A stretch of DNA of 64,000 nt, taken from positions 60,700,001 to 60,764,000 of the forward strand of contig NC_086108.1 in assembly GCF_963921235.1 (NCBI RefSeq), given 5' to 3'. Both the position numbers and the translations under genes were made by a program. Shown here piece after piece: positions 13,169-26,595 of this stretch. Under the pieces are notes generated by a model that was not told the origin of the DNA, made no database searches, and saw only the letters and a program-made list of their open reading frames with translations. Origin of the DNA: Mobula hypostoma. Taxonomy: Eukaryota. The stretch's first letter is position 1. Every line of letters starts with the position of its first letter.

Positions 13169-13877
13169 TTGATTCTGACATGGTCCTGGAGGACTGGAAG
13201 ATTGCAAATGTGACCTCACTCTTTAAGAAGGGAGGAAGGCAAAAGAGAGGAAATGATAGGCTAGTTAGCCTAACCTCAGTGGTTGGGAAAATGTTGGAGT
13301 CTATTATTAAGGATGAGGTTTCAAGGTAGATGGAGACTAATGATAAAATAAGTGAAAGTCAGCGTGGTTTCTGTGAAGGGAAATCTTGCCTAACCAATTT
13401 GTTAGAGTTCTTCGAGGAAGCAGTGGGGACAAAGGAGAGGCGGTGGATATCATTTACTTGGATTTTCAGAAGGTGTTTGATAAGGTGCCATACATGAGGC
13501 TGCTTAACAAGATAAAAACCTTTGGCGTTCCAGGAAAAATACTGGCATGGTTAGCGGAATGGCTGACAGGCAGAAGGCAGTGAGTGGGAATAAACAGGGC
13601 CTTTCTGGTTGGTTGCCGGTGACTAGAGGTGTTCCTCAGGTATTGGAATTGCAACTTTTCACATTATTTGTCAATGATTTAGATAGTGAAATTGATGGCT
13701 ATGTGGCAAAGTTTGTGGATGATACGAAGATAGGTGAAGGGGTAGATAGTGTTGAGGAAGCAATGTGACTGCAGCAGGACTTAGACAAATTGGATGAATA
13801 AGCAAAATGGTGGCAGATGGAATAGAGTTGGGAAATGTATGATAATGCATTTGGTAAAAGGAACAATAGTGTGGATT

Positions 13878-14387
13878 TAAAAACGCAAACACGAGGAAAT
13901 CTGCAGATGCTGGAATTTCAAACAACACACATAAAAGTTGCTGGTGAACGCAGCAGGCCAGGCAGCATCTATAGGAAGAGGTACAGTCGACGTTTCAGGA
14001 CGAGACCCTTCGTCAGGACTAACTGAAAGAAGAGTTAGTAAGAGATTTGAAAGTGGGAGGGGGAGGGGGAGATCCAAAATGATAGGAGAAGGCAGGAGGG
14101 GGAGGGATGGAGCCGAGAGCTGGACAGTTGATTGGCAAAAGGGATATGAGAGGATCATGGGACAGGAGGCCTAGGGAGAAAGAAAAAGGGGAAGGGGGGA
14201 AAAAACTAGAGGATGGGCAAGGGATATAGTGAAGAGGACAGAGGGAGAAAAAGGAGAGGGAGAAAAAGGAGAGAGAGAAAAAGAATGTGTGTATATAAAT
14301 AAATAATGGATGGGGTACGAGTGGGAGGTGGGGCATTAGCGGAAGTTTGAGAAGTCAACGTTCATGCCATCAGGTTGGATTTGAGTT
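13878..14387 (-). mobile_element. 5'-truncated PLE (related subfamily) with 13-bp TSD
   Basis: aatagtgtggatt at 13865-13877 and 14388-14400; hammerhead at 13985-14020; end of the GIY-YIG ORF near 14336-14380. Confidence 0.9.
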
Positions 14388-15393
14388 AATAGTGTGGATT
14401 ATTATCTAAATGAGGGAAGGTTCAAACATCAGGGGTGCAGAGGGACATAGGAGTCCTCACGCAAGACTCCCAGAACATTAATTTACAGGTTGTATCTGTG
14501 GTAAAGAAGACAAATGCAATGTTTGCATTTATTTCAAGGAGAATAGAATATAAAAGCAAGGAGATAGTGCTGCGGCTTTATAAGACACTAGTCAGGCCAC
14601 ACTTGGAGTAACGTCAACAGTTTTGGGCCCTATATCTCAGAAAAGATGTGTGTCATTGGAGAGAGTCCAGAGGAGGTTCATGAGGATGATTCTGGGAATT
14701 AAGGAGTTAACATATAAGGAGCATTTGGCAGCTTTGGGTCTGTACTCACTGGAATTTAGAAGAATGTGATGAGTGGGGATCTCATTGACACCTACTGAAT
14801 GTTGAAAGGACTAAATAGGATGGATGTGGAGAGGATGTTTCCTGTGGTGGGGGTATCCAGAACTAGAAGGCACAGCCTCAGAATTCAGGGGCAAACTTTT
14901 AGAACAGAGGTAAGGAGGAATTCTTTTAGCCAGAGAGTAGTAAATCTGTGGAATGCTCTGCCACAGACTATGGTGGAGGCCAAGTCCATAGGTATATTGT
15001 TGATTTGTTTCCTGATCAGTCAAGGCATCAAAGGATATGTCGAGAAGACAGGTGTATGGGGTTGAGTTGGATCTAGGATCAGACTTGATGGGCTGAATCT
15101 CTTAATTCTGCTCCTATGTCTAATGGTCTTATGGCATGGATTAGATGTGCCAAAGGGCCTTTTTCTGTGCTGTACTTTTCTATGATTTTATGACCAAAGT
15201 TCTCTTGAAAGCCAAGCAGATTGCAACCCGACTAACAATCCTTGAAGTTCAGATTTAAAGCTAAGATATACACCATTATGTAAATGGGTTTTAGTTAACT
15301 TTGAGGGCTGATTCGCAAATAAATCCATGCTCATACTGGGCCTGAGCCCTCCCTTTAGTTTTAGGAGTTAGCAGAAAGAAAAGCTTCCATTAC

Positions 15394-15487
15394 CTTTAGA
15401 TGTAAGCCGATTATTCTGTAAATTAAAAGTCTCCAGACTCTGCAGCCTTGATAACTCCTCCAGTGGGATCACTTCCAAAGCATTGTT
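15394..15487 (-). CDS. PODN: Podocan second coding exon (LRR)
   Basis: 94-nt exon, ttatacag| ... |gtaatg. [31 protein letters not shown](G), in phase with the previous exon. No further PODN exon was recognised in 1-15393. Confidence 0.93.
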
Positions 15488-16262
15488 CTGTATAAAACGA
15501 AATGACATGAATTTTGAGTTCTGCCAAAAGCTCAATAAGCTCCCTTTAGCTCAAAGGGGTGGCCAGAAGTGAATTGGAAGTGGGATGTCTCATCATAGTA
15601 GTGTGCTACAGTGGGAAACTGATCTATGATTAAAGTAAAACAAAGCGATGCAATGATAATGCTTGCATAACAATGTGTGCATTTAACTTCAGTGTTTATT
15701 ACATTTGTGGAGCGCTTTCAAAATGTAATTTTGGCAAGGTATACACTCACTGGTACCTTCAATCCACCCTATCCCACGAGAATATCTTGCATTTCAAAAC
15801 CTCTGTAGGTTTCAAATCAACAGACGACTTTTGGCTGATACAGCATGTAGTGGACTTCTGCACGTGTGGGAATGTTCTGATAAATGAAATGACTGAAGTA
15901 CAGTAGCTCCTGCTACTTTCATATTCTGTCAACAATTAACTCCTATATTTTACTCTCAGGCCACTCGAAATATCCCAAACTTTTTCAAAGTAGTTTTTCT
16001 CATCTTGTAAGAGATTTTGATTGAGGTCACAATATGATTTGTGTTTAATATTTCTACTTCATGGAGCATCCCATGAGTCATGCCTGTTTTAATGACAATT
16101 TCAATCACTGTTTTGAACTCAGTTTGTAGAACTGTGCTTTAAAAAAAAGCTTAGAAGTTCTCTTTATATACAAGAACATCTATAACTAGTTAACTGGAAC
16201 TGTAATGTTATTTTCATTTTAAATTATTTGGTCAACAAATGTAAGGCTTTGATAAGTTCAAA

Positions 16263-16551
16263 GGGGCATCATGGCAGTTTATCAGTCAGTGTAATGCTTT
16301 ACAGCGCCTGTGACCCGGGTTCAAATGTTGTCGCTGTCTCTGAGGAGTTCATATGTTCCCCCTGGTGACCACATGGGTTTCCTCCAGGTGTTCTGGTTTC
16401 CTCCCATAGTCCAAAGACACATTAGCTAGTAGGTTAATTTGGTCATTGTAAAATTGTTCTGTGATTAGGCTAGAGATAAATGGGGGGATTGTTGGATGCT
16501 GTGGCTCATTGGGCCAGAAGATCCTGTTCCACACTGTATCTCTAAATAAAG
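16263..16551 (+). mobile_element. tRNA-derived SINE with V-SINE-like core
   Basis: B-box-like gggttcaaat and core gggtttcctccaggtgttctggtttcctcccatagtccaaagac. Related degenerate copies at about 30770-30988, 41290-41590 and 63300-63630. Confidence 0.7.
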
Positions 16552-16554
16552 TAA

Positions 16555-17235
16555 CAAAAACCTCTTACTCAAAGGAGTTGCTTATTGACTTTAGGATGAG
16601 GAAACCAGGACCATGAACCAGTCCTCATCAGAGGTAGAGGTAGAGAGGATCAAATTCCTCAGTGACATCATTTCAGAGGACCAGTTCTGGGCCCAGCACA
16701 CAAGTGCAATTATGAGGAAAGCACAGCAGTGTCTCTATTTCCTCAGGAGTTTGCGAAGATTCAGCATGACATCTAAAACTTCAACAAACTTCCGTAGATG
16801 TGTGGTGCAGCGTATATTGACTGGCTGCATCACAGACTGGTATGGAAACACCATTGTTCTTGAACTGAAAATCTCACAAAAAATAGTGGATATGGCCCAG
16901 TCCATCGCAGGTAAAGCACTCCCCACCACTGAGCACATCTACATAGAGTGCTGTCACAGGAAAGCAGCATCCAACATCAGGGACCCCTACAACCCAGGTT
17001 ATGCTCTCTTCTCACTGCTGTCATCAGGAAAAAGGTCCAGGACTCTCAGGACTCACACCACCAGGTCAGGGACAATTATTACCCCTCAATCATCAGGCTC
17101 TCGAACCAAAGAGGATAACTTCACTTGCCCTATCATTGAAGTGTTCCCACAACCTATGGATTCATTTTCAAGGACTCTTCATCTCATGGTCTCGGTATTT
17201 ATTGCTAATTTATTTATTATTATTATTATTATTTC
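16555..17235 (+). mobile_element. Rex1/Babar-like (L2-related) LINE 3' fragment
   Basis: ORF 16613..17299 contains KAQQCLYFLRSLRRF...ILTGCITDWYG...DPYNPGYALFSLLSSGKR. Confidence 0.8.
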
Positions 17236-17244
17236 AAAGTTTGA

Positions 17245-17515
17245 GGTTAATAACTCATCTCCTTCTACCTTAGGTCACAAACTTACCAATCACCCCTGAT
17301 GAGTTATTAACTCCAAACTTTCTACATAATCACTCAAAGAGTTGAACTGCATGTGCATGTAACGAGAGCCATATAACTCATCTCCTTCTACCTTAGGCCA
17401 TGAACTTATCAATCAGCCCTGCTCTGGGCACTTTCTGGAGGCCTGAGATCCGTATGCTCCACGACCGCTGGACTACGTGTGTAAATGTAGGAGGGGACTA
17501 TGTTGAAAAATAAAT
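17245..17515 (+). mobile_element. Partial copy of the mariner-derived MITE seen at 33124-34147
   Basis: Shares ataactcatctccttctaccttagg and ggaggggactatgttgaaaaataa with the complete copy. Confidence 0.8.
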
Positions 17516-17559
17516 ATAGAGAAAGGTCTCTATAATGAGTTTAAGTATGCAGGGACTAG

Positions 17560-18390
17560 GTGGGAAGATAAGGCTTTCCTTTCAAGGACGTCAGAGGAGT
17601 CCTCCTCCTTCAAAGAATGCAGTTTCTTTTCTGCCAGCATTGATGCTGCCCTCACCTGCACCTCTATTTCCAGGACATCTGCACTCAGCCACTGCCTTAA
17701 CATCAATAGTGTTTCTCTTGTCCTCACCTACCATGAGCTGCATCCAAAACATCATTCTCCACAACTCCTGCCATCTTCACAGGATCCTATCACCAAATAC
17801 ATCTTTACCTCCCCCCATTCTCCACTTTTCCCAGGGATCACTCCTTCTGTAATTCGTCCCTCCCCACTAATCTCCCTTATGGCACATATCCCTGCAAGTG
17901 ACAGAAATGCCCATTCCAATATGTCAGTCCATGGCCTACTCTTTTACCACGATGAGGCCCCTTTCAGGGTGAAGGAGCAACACCTCATAATCCATCCAGA
18001 TAGCCTCCAAGTTGATAGCATGAACATCCGTTTCTGCTTCCAGTAATTTTTCCCATCCCCCTTCCCTCTTATTCTACTCCTCACTCTAGTCTCTTACCTC
18101 TTCTCTGCACCTGCCTATAACATCTCCCTGATGCCCCTCCTTTCCTTTCTCCTATGGTCTGCACTTCTCTCCGATCAGATCCCTTCTTCCTCAGCCCTTT
18201 ACCTTTCCCATCCACCTGGCTTCGCCTTCCAGCTTGTCTTCCTTCCCCTCTCTCCACCTTTTCATTCTGGCATTTTCCCCCTTCCTTTCCAGTCCTGAAG
18301 AAGGGCCTTGGCTCAAAACTTTGACTGTTTGTTCATTTCTATAGATGCTGCTTGACCTGCTGAGTTCCTCCAGCATGTTGTGTAAGTTGC
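17560..18390 (+). mobile_element. Old degenerate PLE (RT thumb, GIY-YIG remnant, degenerate hammerhead near 18291-18327)
   Basis: Collinear by eye with 49260-50430, e.g. gaaggagcaacacctcata, gatagcatgaacatc, agtcctgaagaaggg. Confidence 0.75.
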
Positions 18391-18696
18391 TCAGGAGAAA
18401 AATCATTTTATGCTTGACTAGACAAACTGTACTGTCCTTTAGTCTGTTAATGCTAATCGCTAAAATAGCTGCCCATGCCAAATACCAAAGAAGGTTCAGC
18501 TTGCATCAGCCTGAAATAATAATAGGATATCAGGTGGAAATATAACTCTGGAGAGGGCACAGAACGATCGCCATGTACAGCTATTCATCAGAAGCTACTA
18601 TTCACCACTCATCAAGGGGCAGACATTCTTCAAAGTTCTTTTTTGCAGAGGAACAGCACAAAGCAAGACAATCCTCATATTTATACTATTGGTTAC

Positions 18697-18948
18697 CTGC
18701 AAAGACAGATGTAATATCGTTTGCGATAAGTTCTTGGGAAATTCCTTTAGGTCCACCCCAGCACAGTTCACAGTTCCATCCAGGTTACAACTGCAGTCAG
18801 TAGGGCAGTAGTCTACTTGCACTTCGAGCTCAGTTGTCACTCCTGTTTGATTCTTTACTAATTCACGGATGTAATTTTCTTCACTTATTGCACTGCAGCT
18901 GAAACTCAGAAGCCATAGCAACACAGGGTGCCAACTGCTCCAATACAT
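18697..18948 (-). CDS. PODN: Podocan first coding exon (signal peptide, LRRNT, first LRR)
   Basis: Acceptor tttcag| (exon starts 18957), ATG at 18948, donor CAG|gtaacc. 84 aa MYWSSWHPVLLWLLSFSCSA...CPTDCSCNLDGTVNCAGVDLKEFPKNLSQTILHLSLQ matches the podocan N-terminal cysteine cluster. It lies downstream of SCP2 on the same strand, as in mammals. Confidence 0.92.
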
Positions 18949-21900
18949 TTTTACCTCCTGAAACAATACAACTCTTTTTAAGATTTAGCACATACAAGAT
19001 GGGGTAGAATGTCACAGCCTATTTAATACAAAATTTTAATTCCATCATTTTAACTATAATTGGTGGAGAAAATTAATTATTAAATATGCTAAAACTTGAA
19101 GTTAGCCTGGTACAACTGATAATAATATATACTTTGCAAATTCCTCACAATTATAATCCAAAAAACTCAATTTTTCACTGTGACATGCACATTGAGAAAT
19201 AAAAGGCATTAAATATTAATATTTGGTATTATTTCACTTGGAATAGTTAAATGACTGCACTAAATATTTAGATATATATTGTTATTAACGTACATGTTTT
19301 CTTTACCTTCAACTAATAATTATTATGCTGGTGAACAATACAGTCAGCCTATCGTAATCATCTCTTAACTAAGAACAGGGTGTAAAAATTTACAATGAGA
19401 ATGTGACTTTCCTTTCTCCAAAGTGCCCTGGGCTTGGACAAGATTTTATTCTAGGAAGATCTTTTCCAGATGTGAATCAACAATGGAGAGAAACTATGCA
19501 TCAACTTCCAAACATAACTCAGAAACATGCAAAATAAATATTTAGGACCATTCTGGAGTTATCATATGGGAGCACACAACTCTGCAAAACTTTTCTTGGG
19601 TAAGTCACTGGCAAGCCTAGCCAAAGCACACTACTGAACAGACTTCTATGTGTAATCATTCATTTTCTGTTGGCTAAAAGCCCTAATAAGAGAGGACCAT
19701 GTCTAACTCGGTAATAACAATCCTCTCAGAGCAAAAGCAGGAAAATGCCACGTATTAAAATTAACAGAAACTACTAAACAACATTTCAATAATATTTTAG
19801 AAGTGTTTTACCTTGACTGGTGCTGCTAATTAAAACCAGGAATTTCAGTACCATTTACTGAACGCTAAACAATCACTAACAAAGCCAGCAGAATTGCATT
19901 CAATTAAAGTGGTCGCTGTTTCATTTAGATCGACTTGGATAATTAAAGTTTTAGTGTTTATACTGCTTCTCAACATAAATTGCTTTATTATAGTTGGAAT
20001 TTATTGATGTCCCTCTTCGGAAAGAGGGTTCTGATGACCTCCATCTTGATCTCTTCTTAGAAGTTACAGCCATCTAAGTACCTCATAAATACGTAAAATA
20101 AAATCTCTATCTCTACACAAGCAGATGCAGTTATGGTTTACTGTATTAATTTATACTTCCAAGTTACAGTTATTCTCCTTCTTATATTTCAGAATATTTC
20201 ATTTTTAACTTATTACTTTAGCAAGCACATTGCTAATACAGTACATGATTGCTTACTGTATTGCCATATCTTCAATAGTCATAAGCAGCATATTTATAAT
20301 TTACTTTCAATTTCTAAAAAACACATTTGCTGGAGGTGACTGCATGATCTACCTAGCAAGCTAAAAAATTACAATACTAGTCAATTACTTAAAAAAACCA
20401 AAGAATCATATATATATATATAAAAAAGATTTGAACTTTTTCTTTCCTCTTGCCATACCAGATACACACCTGAGTCTGTTTACAATAAACGCTCACAGAT
20501 CGAATTCAACTGCACAGAGGCAAACAATCCTCCTAAGTCTGACCTGATGTTATTGCTTTTCCTTTTCCTCCTACTGGGAGCTGCTCTTGCTTGTAGTTTC
20601 ATTAATGAGGCGCAGTCCAATTTTTTTAAATGTCTGTTTAGGTTGAACTGTCAATCACATAAGATTCTTGCATCCTTCACTGATAAGATTACTACCTCGG
20701 CAAAATTCTCTGAAGGACTAAGCCTTCACAACAGGGTCTGAATTAAACACTTGTGGTATGACTATGATTTGTAGGAATGCGTTGCTGTGCTCTTTTGGGA
20801 CTCTGTAACACATGAGATGCATGGTTGAGACCACACAAAGTAATCTACCATATTTCCTCAATTAGAATCAAATACTTCTTTGAAATGCTGAGATATTCTG
20901 CCAGACTCTAAGAAAGTATTTTATTTGTAGAAGTCATTTTGTAATTAATACAGTAATAAAGTTTTTATAGGGATTACATTGAGCAACAATGCACTTTACT
21001 TTTGTCAATGAAATTAGTTTTTATCTAAAGATTACAGTAATTTTCACACTTTTTAAAAAAATATTGTGCTCCTCAAACTGAGGGACAGGACACTTTTCAG
21101 TTTGGGTACATATCATTAGCTATAAGCTTTCCCTGTTTATGGAGACCACAGGTATCTGCTGAATCCAACTCTATTTACCAGGCAACCTCTGTGTGAGCAT
21201 TCCTTGAATTATTGCTGATTATTGAACAGTTTCAGCATTTGTGTTTTCAGTGCTTGTGTTTTCAGTGCATATGCAATAACATTGGGAATTGCAGAATTTT
21301 GACAGAGAGGCAATGGTGACATGCTTCCATGCTGAATTGATGAGGGACCAAGAGGGAAAGGGTGATGATATTGCTGTGTTCAGCTCCTTACTCGCAAGGT
21401 TTACTTGTCTCTGCACTGAAGTGAGGCTGTGGCCTGCAACTAATGGGCTCCTGGACCCCCTGTGACCAGCTTCATGCCTGTGAACTCACTTTTGTGAACT
21501 TTAGTTCTGGATGTTATTTGCTTACTTTTTATTGTTCACATGATTTTTCTTTCTTTTGCACATTGGGTGTTTGACAGTCTTCTTTTTCAAAGGGTTCTAT
21601 TGGGTTTCTTTGTTTTGTGGCTGCCTATAAGGAGACAAATCTCAAAGTTGTATCTAGTATACATACTTCATGAACTTTGATGCAATTGTTCTTGTCCTTC
21701 CTAGTGATCAAGGTCACAGGGCTGGAAGATGCTGTTGGAGGAGGTTTAAGGAACTGGTACAATACATCTCACAAAAACATATTCTCTGTCCACAATGCAC
21801 CAGTGATGATGCTATCACCAACTTATTTGCCATCGAACCCAATTGCACCACTATGTCCTGAATAATGCTCAAGTCACTGTGTTGTGGCAGTGACCAAAGG

Positions 21901-23688
21901 CTGTGGTGTTTAAACCCCAACTCTCCTTGCATAATGCTCCTTAATTCTGTCCTGCACTTTTGAGGAAAGAGGAGAGAGGACCTATTTACAACAGTCAATG
22001 GTCAAAGGTGAGAGATACAGATTTCAAGATAGAGGATGCAAGGACAAACTTTGTTTTATACACAGAATTAACGTTTGTTACAAGAATGGCACAAACAGAA
22101 ATGAGTGCCTGCAAAGGAAACTGGAAAGAGTGTTTTGCAGAGCTATGGGACTAATTCAAAGGATTCAAATTATATTTATTATCAAAGTATGCATACAGTA
22201 AACAACCCTGAGATTTGTCCCCTCCACAGACAGCAACAAAACAAAGAAAATCAAGAAAGAAAATGATGGAAAACTGTTTAAAGAATTGCTCAAATGGCAA
22301 TAAAATCAAGCCCCTTGCAAAAAACAAATCACTCAAATGGCAACAAGAACATCAATCCCCTCTCCAACCAAAAACAAATTGCGCAAACGGCAACAAGGAA
22401 GAACGAGCAAATACACAGAATATAAAACGCAAAATTGAAGAGTCAATATTCGGTTCAGCTCAGTGTTCATTGTCTGCAGGCTGCCCCAACTCAATGTCAC
22501 CCAAAAATAGCTACAGGAAGAGGAGTGACCATAAACCAGAAAACACATCATAATGTGAACTAGTCCAATCCAGGACTAAGGCAATTGTTCCAATAGAAAC
22601 TGACTAAACATGGTGCAGGGAAGAAAGATGCTATTCAGCTAACAAATTTATCATTTCGAATCAATCCATCTTGTTGTTTATAGTAAAAAGATTACATTAC
22701 TTTTACTTGCTATTAAGAGATTCTGTAAAGATATTCATTCTAAGTACATTTGCTTATCCCTTTTATCATCTTAATGCCTGTATCTAATTGAAATCTCCCT
22801 GAATTCATGGTTGGCCCATCCAAAACTGAATTCTAATAATGTCATAAAAATTTGTATAGATTTAGTGCTATATATTAATTTTAAAAAATCTATTCCCTTA
22901 CTTTAAAAACTTTGAGTCTCATATGCTTTGTAATACTGAATGACTTTACTTTGCAAAACTATGCTTAGTGAAATTAACATTCAGAAATTGCAAACATGAA
23001 ATCAAAACGGTACTTTTGCAACTTAACTGTTTCCTTGGCCTAATATTGCACTCCAGACTTTTAAAGACAATTTCCAAAGCATATAATGCTGAACTTCATC
23101 AGAACATCTAACAGCACAGGGACTGAGGGCAATAAGCAGAAAATTTTTGTGGCAACGGGAAATGTGTCATGTATATCTGGTGTAAGGCTGAGGGGGTCAC
23201 TTGTGAAGTATTTCTGCCCCTTGTTTCAACAACACCCCTCTTCTTAACCAGATGTCAAGGCAGAATGAAAGGCAGGGTGTGAAAGCATTTGATCTTCAGT
23301 GCTAACCACACTGAACAAATTTGAAATATGCTGCTGCCATCACTCCAGCTAACTGGTGTGAGACAATGGACTCCCCCACCCACATGGCAGTCAAATCCTG
23401 CAGAATATTATACAGGTCCGACTGAGTTGTCAATCAGCCTTGTCTGACCAGGCTACCCACAAAGTAAATTGTTCAAAAATTTCTAAAATACAAATTACAT
23501 TTATAACCCTTTTTTAATCGTATTACCTTCACAAATTGTAATGTTTTAACCCAGAAGTATTATTACAATCAGTCTACTTTTAGAACTGTAAAATAAATTC
23601 TGCAACACATCCAACTATGGAACGTAACAATCCTACCACATCAAAAAGAAGAGCCAACTGCTCACAAGCAGATAAAGTATGATTTAGT

Positions 23689-23741
23689 TTTATTCTTTGA
23701 CTTATCATGCTATAACAAGTACATTATAAATCCCATTTATT
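23689..23741 (-). terminator. Candidate SCP2 polyadenylation signals
   Basis: AATAAA on the minus strand at 23741-23736 and 23694-23689, about 430-480 nt after the stop codon. Usage cannot be shown from sequence. Confidence 0.4.
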
Positions 23742-24167
23742 TTACTGATTAAGGACTTGCAGTGGTTCCTAAACCCAATATTATTGTAAGTATAATAAAT
23801 TCTTGGATTACAGTAGATTAAGTTCTGACAGCAGAATCTTAACAAGCAATGACTGAACTCATTTAGTGCAGGTACATAGCTAGTATAAAGCACTTTACAA
23901 AATATATTCAAAATTACATATACATCATTTTCAGAAATGTACTGAATCAGTTAGAATATAACAATTGCTTTTTGTCGAAAGTCAAACCTGCTCAGCAAGA
24001 TACCCAATGTTATTAACTTCAAGATTAATTAGTGGACGTTGCACATTATTCCAACGTTTCAGAGATAAAGGTAGCAGCTCCAAACCACCTCACTGGTAAT
24101 CTGCCACCAAGATGCCACATGGCCAAAGGCTGGTGCTCTTCGAAGAAAATCCATTTGTGATAAACCT

Positions 24168-24263
24168 TCACAGTTTAGCCTTGCCAGGTTGAAGTTGTAG
24201 ATTCTGAAGCTTCATGGCTAGTCCCATGTTACCAGCAATTTTCAGTTTCCCCTGGAAGAAGGC
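24168..24263 (-). CDS. SCP2: SCP2 terminal coding exon with PTS1 (AKL*)
   Basis: Acceptor tgtctag|. [34 protein letters not shown]; the C-terminal AKL is the peroxisomal targeting signal. Confidence 0.97.
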
Positions 24264-26595
24264 CTAGACAGACAAATTATACTTTAGAAAAAAAATCATT
24301 ATTGCTTAAATAAGAGCACTACAGTTAAGTACTTCTCCATACTTCACAATGAGTGCATATAATCCATGCATTCCCAAATTCAAGAGAATAGAATAGATAT
24401 CAAATAATGATCAATAACTGAAGTGCAACTATAGCGAGAGCATTTGCAATTTTCATCCAATTCCAACCACCCTTACTGTTTCATTGAAAATATATATCAT
24501 TTATGTCTTCCTTAAAACTTTACATTTTAAAAAGCTTAAAAAATCTCTATAATCATTTTAACACTTGTTAAAAATGACCTCATTCAAGAATTGACAAAAT
24601 GGAAATACAAAGAGCCAGCACTCCCGAGACCGCAGGTAATAGATGAGACATCATGTAAAGCCAAAATTGTATTCAAATCTGGTAACAACAGAGGAAGAAC
24701 TCAGCAGCTCAGGCAGAATCAGGAAGGTTAAAATAGATGAAGGGAAAACAGCAGAGAAGAGCAACAAGTGTGGAAAATACAGCTGCAACGTGCTACTATT
24801 CATAATTGAGTTCTCTGGCCTTGGGAATCTTCATAATCAGACTTTCCACTGCACTTTGACATGTATGCTGTCCATGGACACTGGTGATCACTAGTGAACA
24901 CTGTACTCAAGCTGAGGTTTCACAGCACAGCAACGTTAGACTTGCAATCTCATATTCCGGCGATGAACTTGGAGAGGGTACCAAATCTATAAATTTCTCC
25001 AAATCTCCCTCAGCATACCCACTAGACAGTTTGTTTTCTTAACTAAGGATGTTGCTTATCCTACCTCACAATTCCAGGGACATACAATCAATTCTGATCT
25101 TGGGTACTCTCCTATGAGGAGTGTGTGCCTTTAATATATAATATATCACACACATTCCCTCTCAATACAATCTCAGTTTAGTATCATGAGAGGTTTTGAT
25201 TGACCAATGCATATCAGTCAATTATGCAAATTATAAACCATAGAGCTCTTATTATAAATCATTCAGACACTTTCCTCAGCCAAACATCACGCCCTAGCAT
25301 CACCTGCTTCTCTGTTTTAGGTAAATCTTTATCAATCTGCACCGTTTAACTGGAATACCAACTTCTAAAATTTTTATGGTAGTCTTTTACACACCACCAC
25401 TGTCAAAAGCTTTCTGAAAGTTTATATTAGAAAGATTTCAACATTTATTTGTGTAATTTCCTTAAAACAAAATCAGTGTGATTGGTGAGATCACACCTAC
25501 AATTACTTCTCCTTCAATAACCAGATCTACCTGCTCTAAAACAGAATCTCATTACCACCTTCTCTAAAATGAATGAATGGTAAAATATTTAATGTAAGTA
25601 CACTATTAACTTCTTGACTAATAAATACTTACACAAAATTATCTTTACATATGCTAATTATATTTCGGTTAATGAATTTCAACTCAATTTAAATGAATTT
25701 TATAATTGTTTATCAAATAATGGAAGAATTTATTGTAATTAGTTTTCACGGCAGTAACTATGTTTTTAATAAGCAAAGACAAATACATTGAATACCTTTC
25801 ACTGTGTTAAGTCCTTTACATCAGTGATGTAAATTACATTACTTGTAATGTAGCCATGATTGTGACACAGGCTAACGTGAATCTAACCCGCACACAGCAT
25901 GCACCACAAAGGGGGAATTCAGTTAGAAATTAGTACAGATGTTGTGGGAGGACAGATTGAGAAAATAATGTTGATTAGTTTAAAAAAAATTGTTTCCTTC
26001 AATTAGCACCATGAACTACTTTAGCCAATGAACCTTGCATAGTCTTCCATCTAATTGCAGACGTGCAGTATTCTCCATACAGTTTTGAGAGGGTCTTGAG
26101 CTCACAACTGTGTGACTCTAGAGGTGGGTGTCTTATCACTCCTGTTCCCATGTCCTGCCAACTGTATACTTGGAATTATTTGTTGGCTCCTGTTACGTTT
26201 CTTATTGCTTAATGGATGGATGAAATACACTATATATCAGTCAAGCAAGGTACTGACAGTGCACTTCGGTAACCCAGTTACTATGGTGTTTACTTCTGAA
26301 CATTTAAATAAGAAATCATGCCAGGGAAGTTGTAAAACTAAATTCCTAAAATTGTATAATTTATGTAACGACTAACAAAAAAAGCCTAAAATTCTTATAA
26401 TATGTGTTGATTCTTAATATATTCAAGATTAGGCTGTAGGTATATCATGAAATGAAATCTACCATAACTTAAAAGTGCAAGGCAACGCTTATTGTTTATT
26501 TAGTACTCATATTTGAATATATACAACGAAAACGTGATGAAATTCATCACACACAAAATCCCAACTAAATACCAAAATAACAATGATTCAGTATA

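Larger units (their letters stand above)
12620..15135 (+). mobile_element. Degenerate CR1 ORF2 copy carrying two PLE-derived insertions
   Basis: ORF pieces at 12634, 13386, 13547 and 14799 are collinear with CR1 ORF2; tail ctcctatgtctaatggtcttatgg. Confidence 0.88.

Noticed and set aside
18598..18966. 122-aa ORF as a single-exon secreted protein
   Set aside because: Podocan similarity stops at the CAG|gtaacc donor (18697) and continues in the exon at 15487; the rest is intron read-through.
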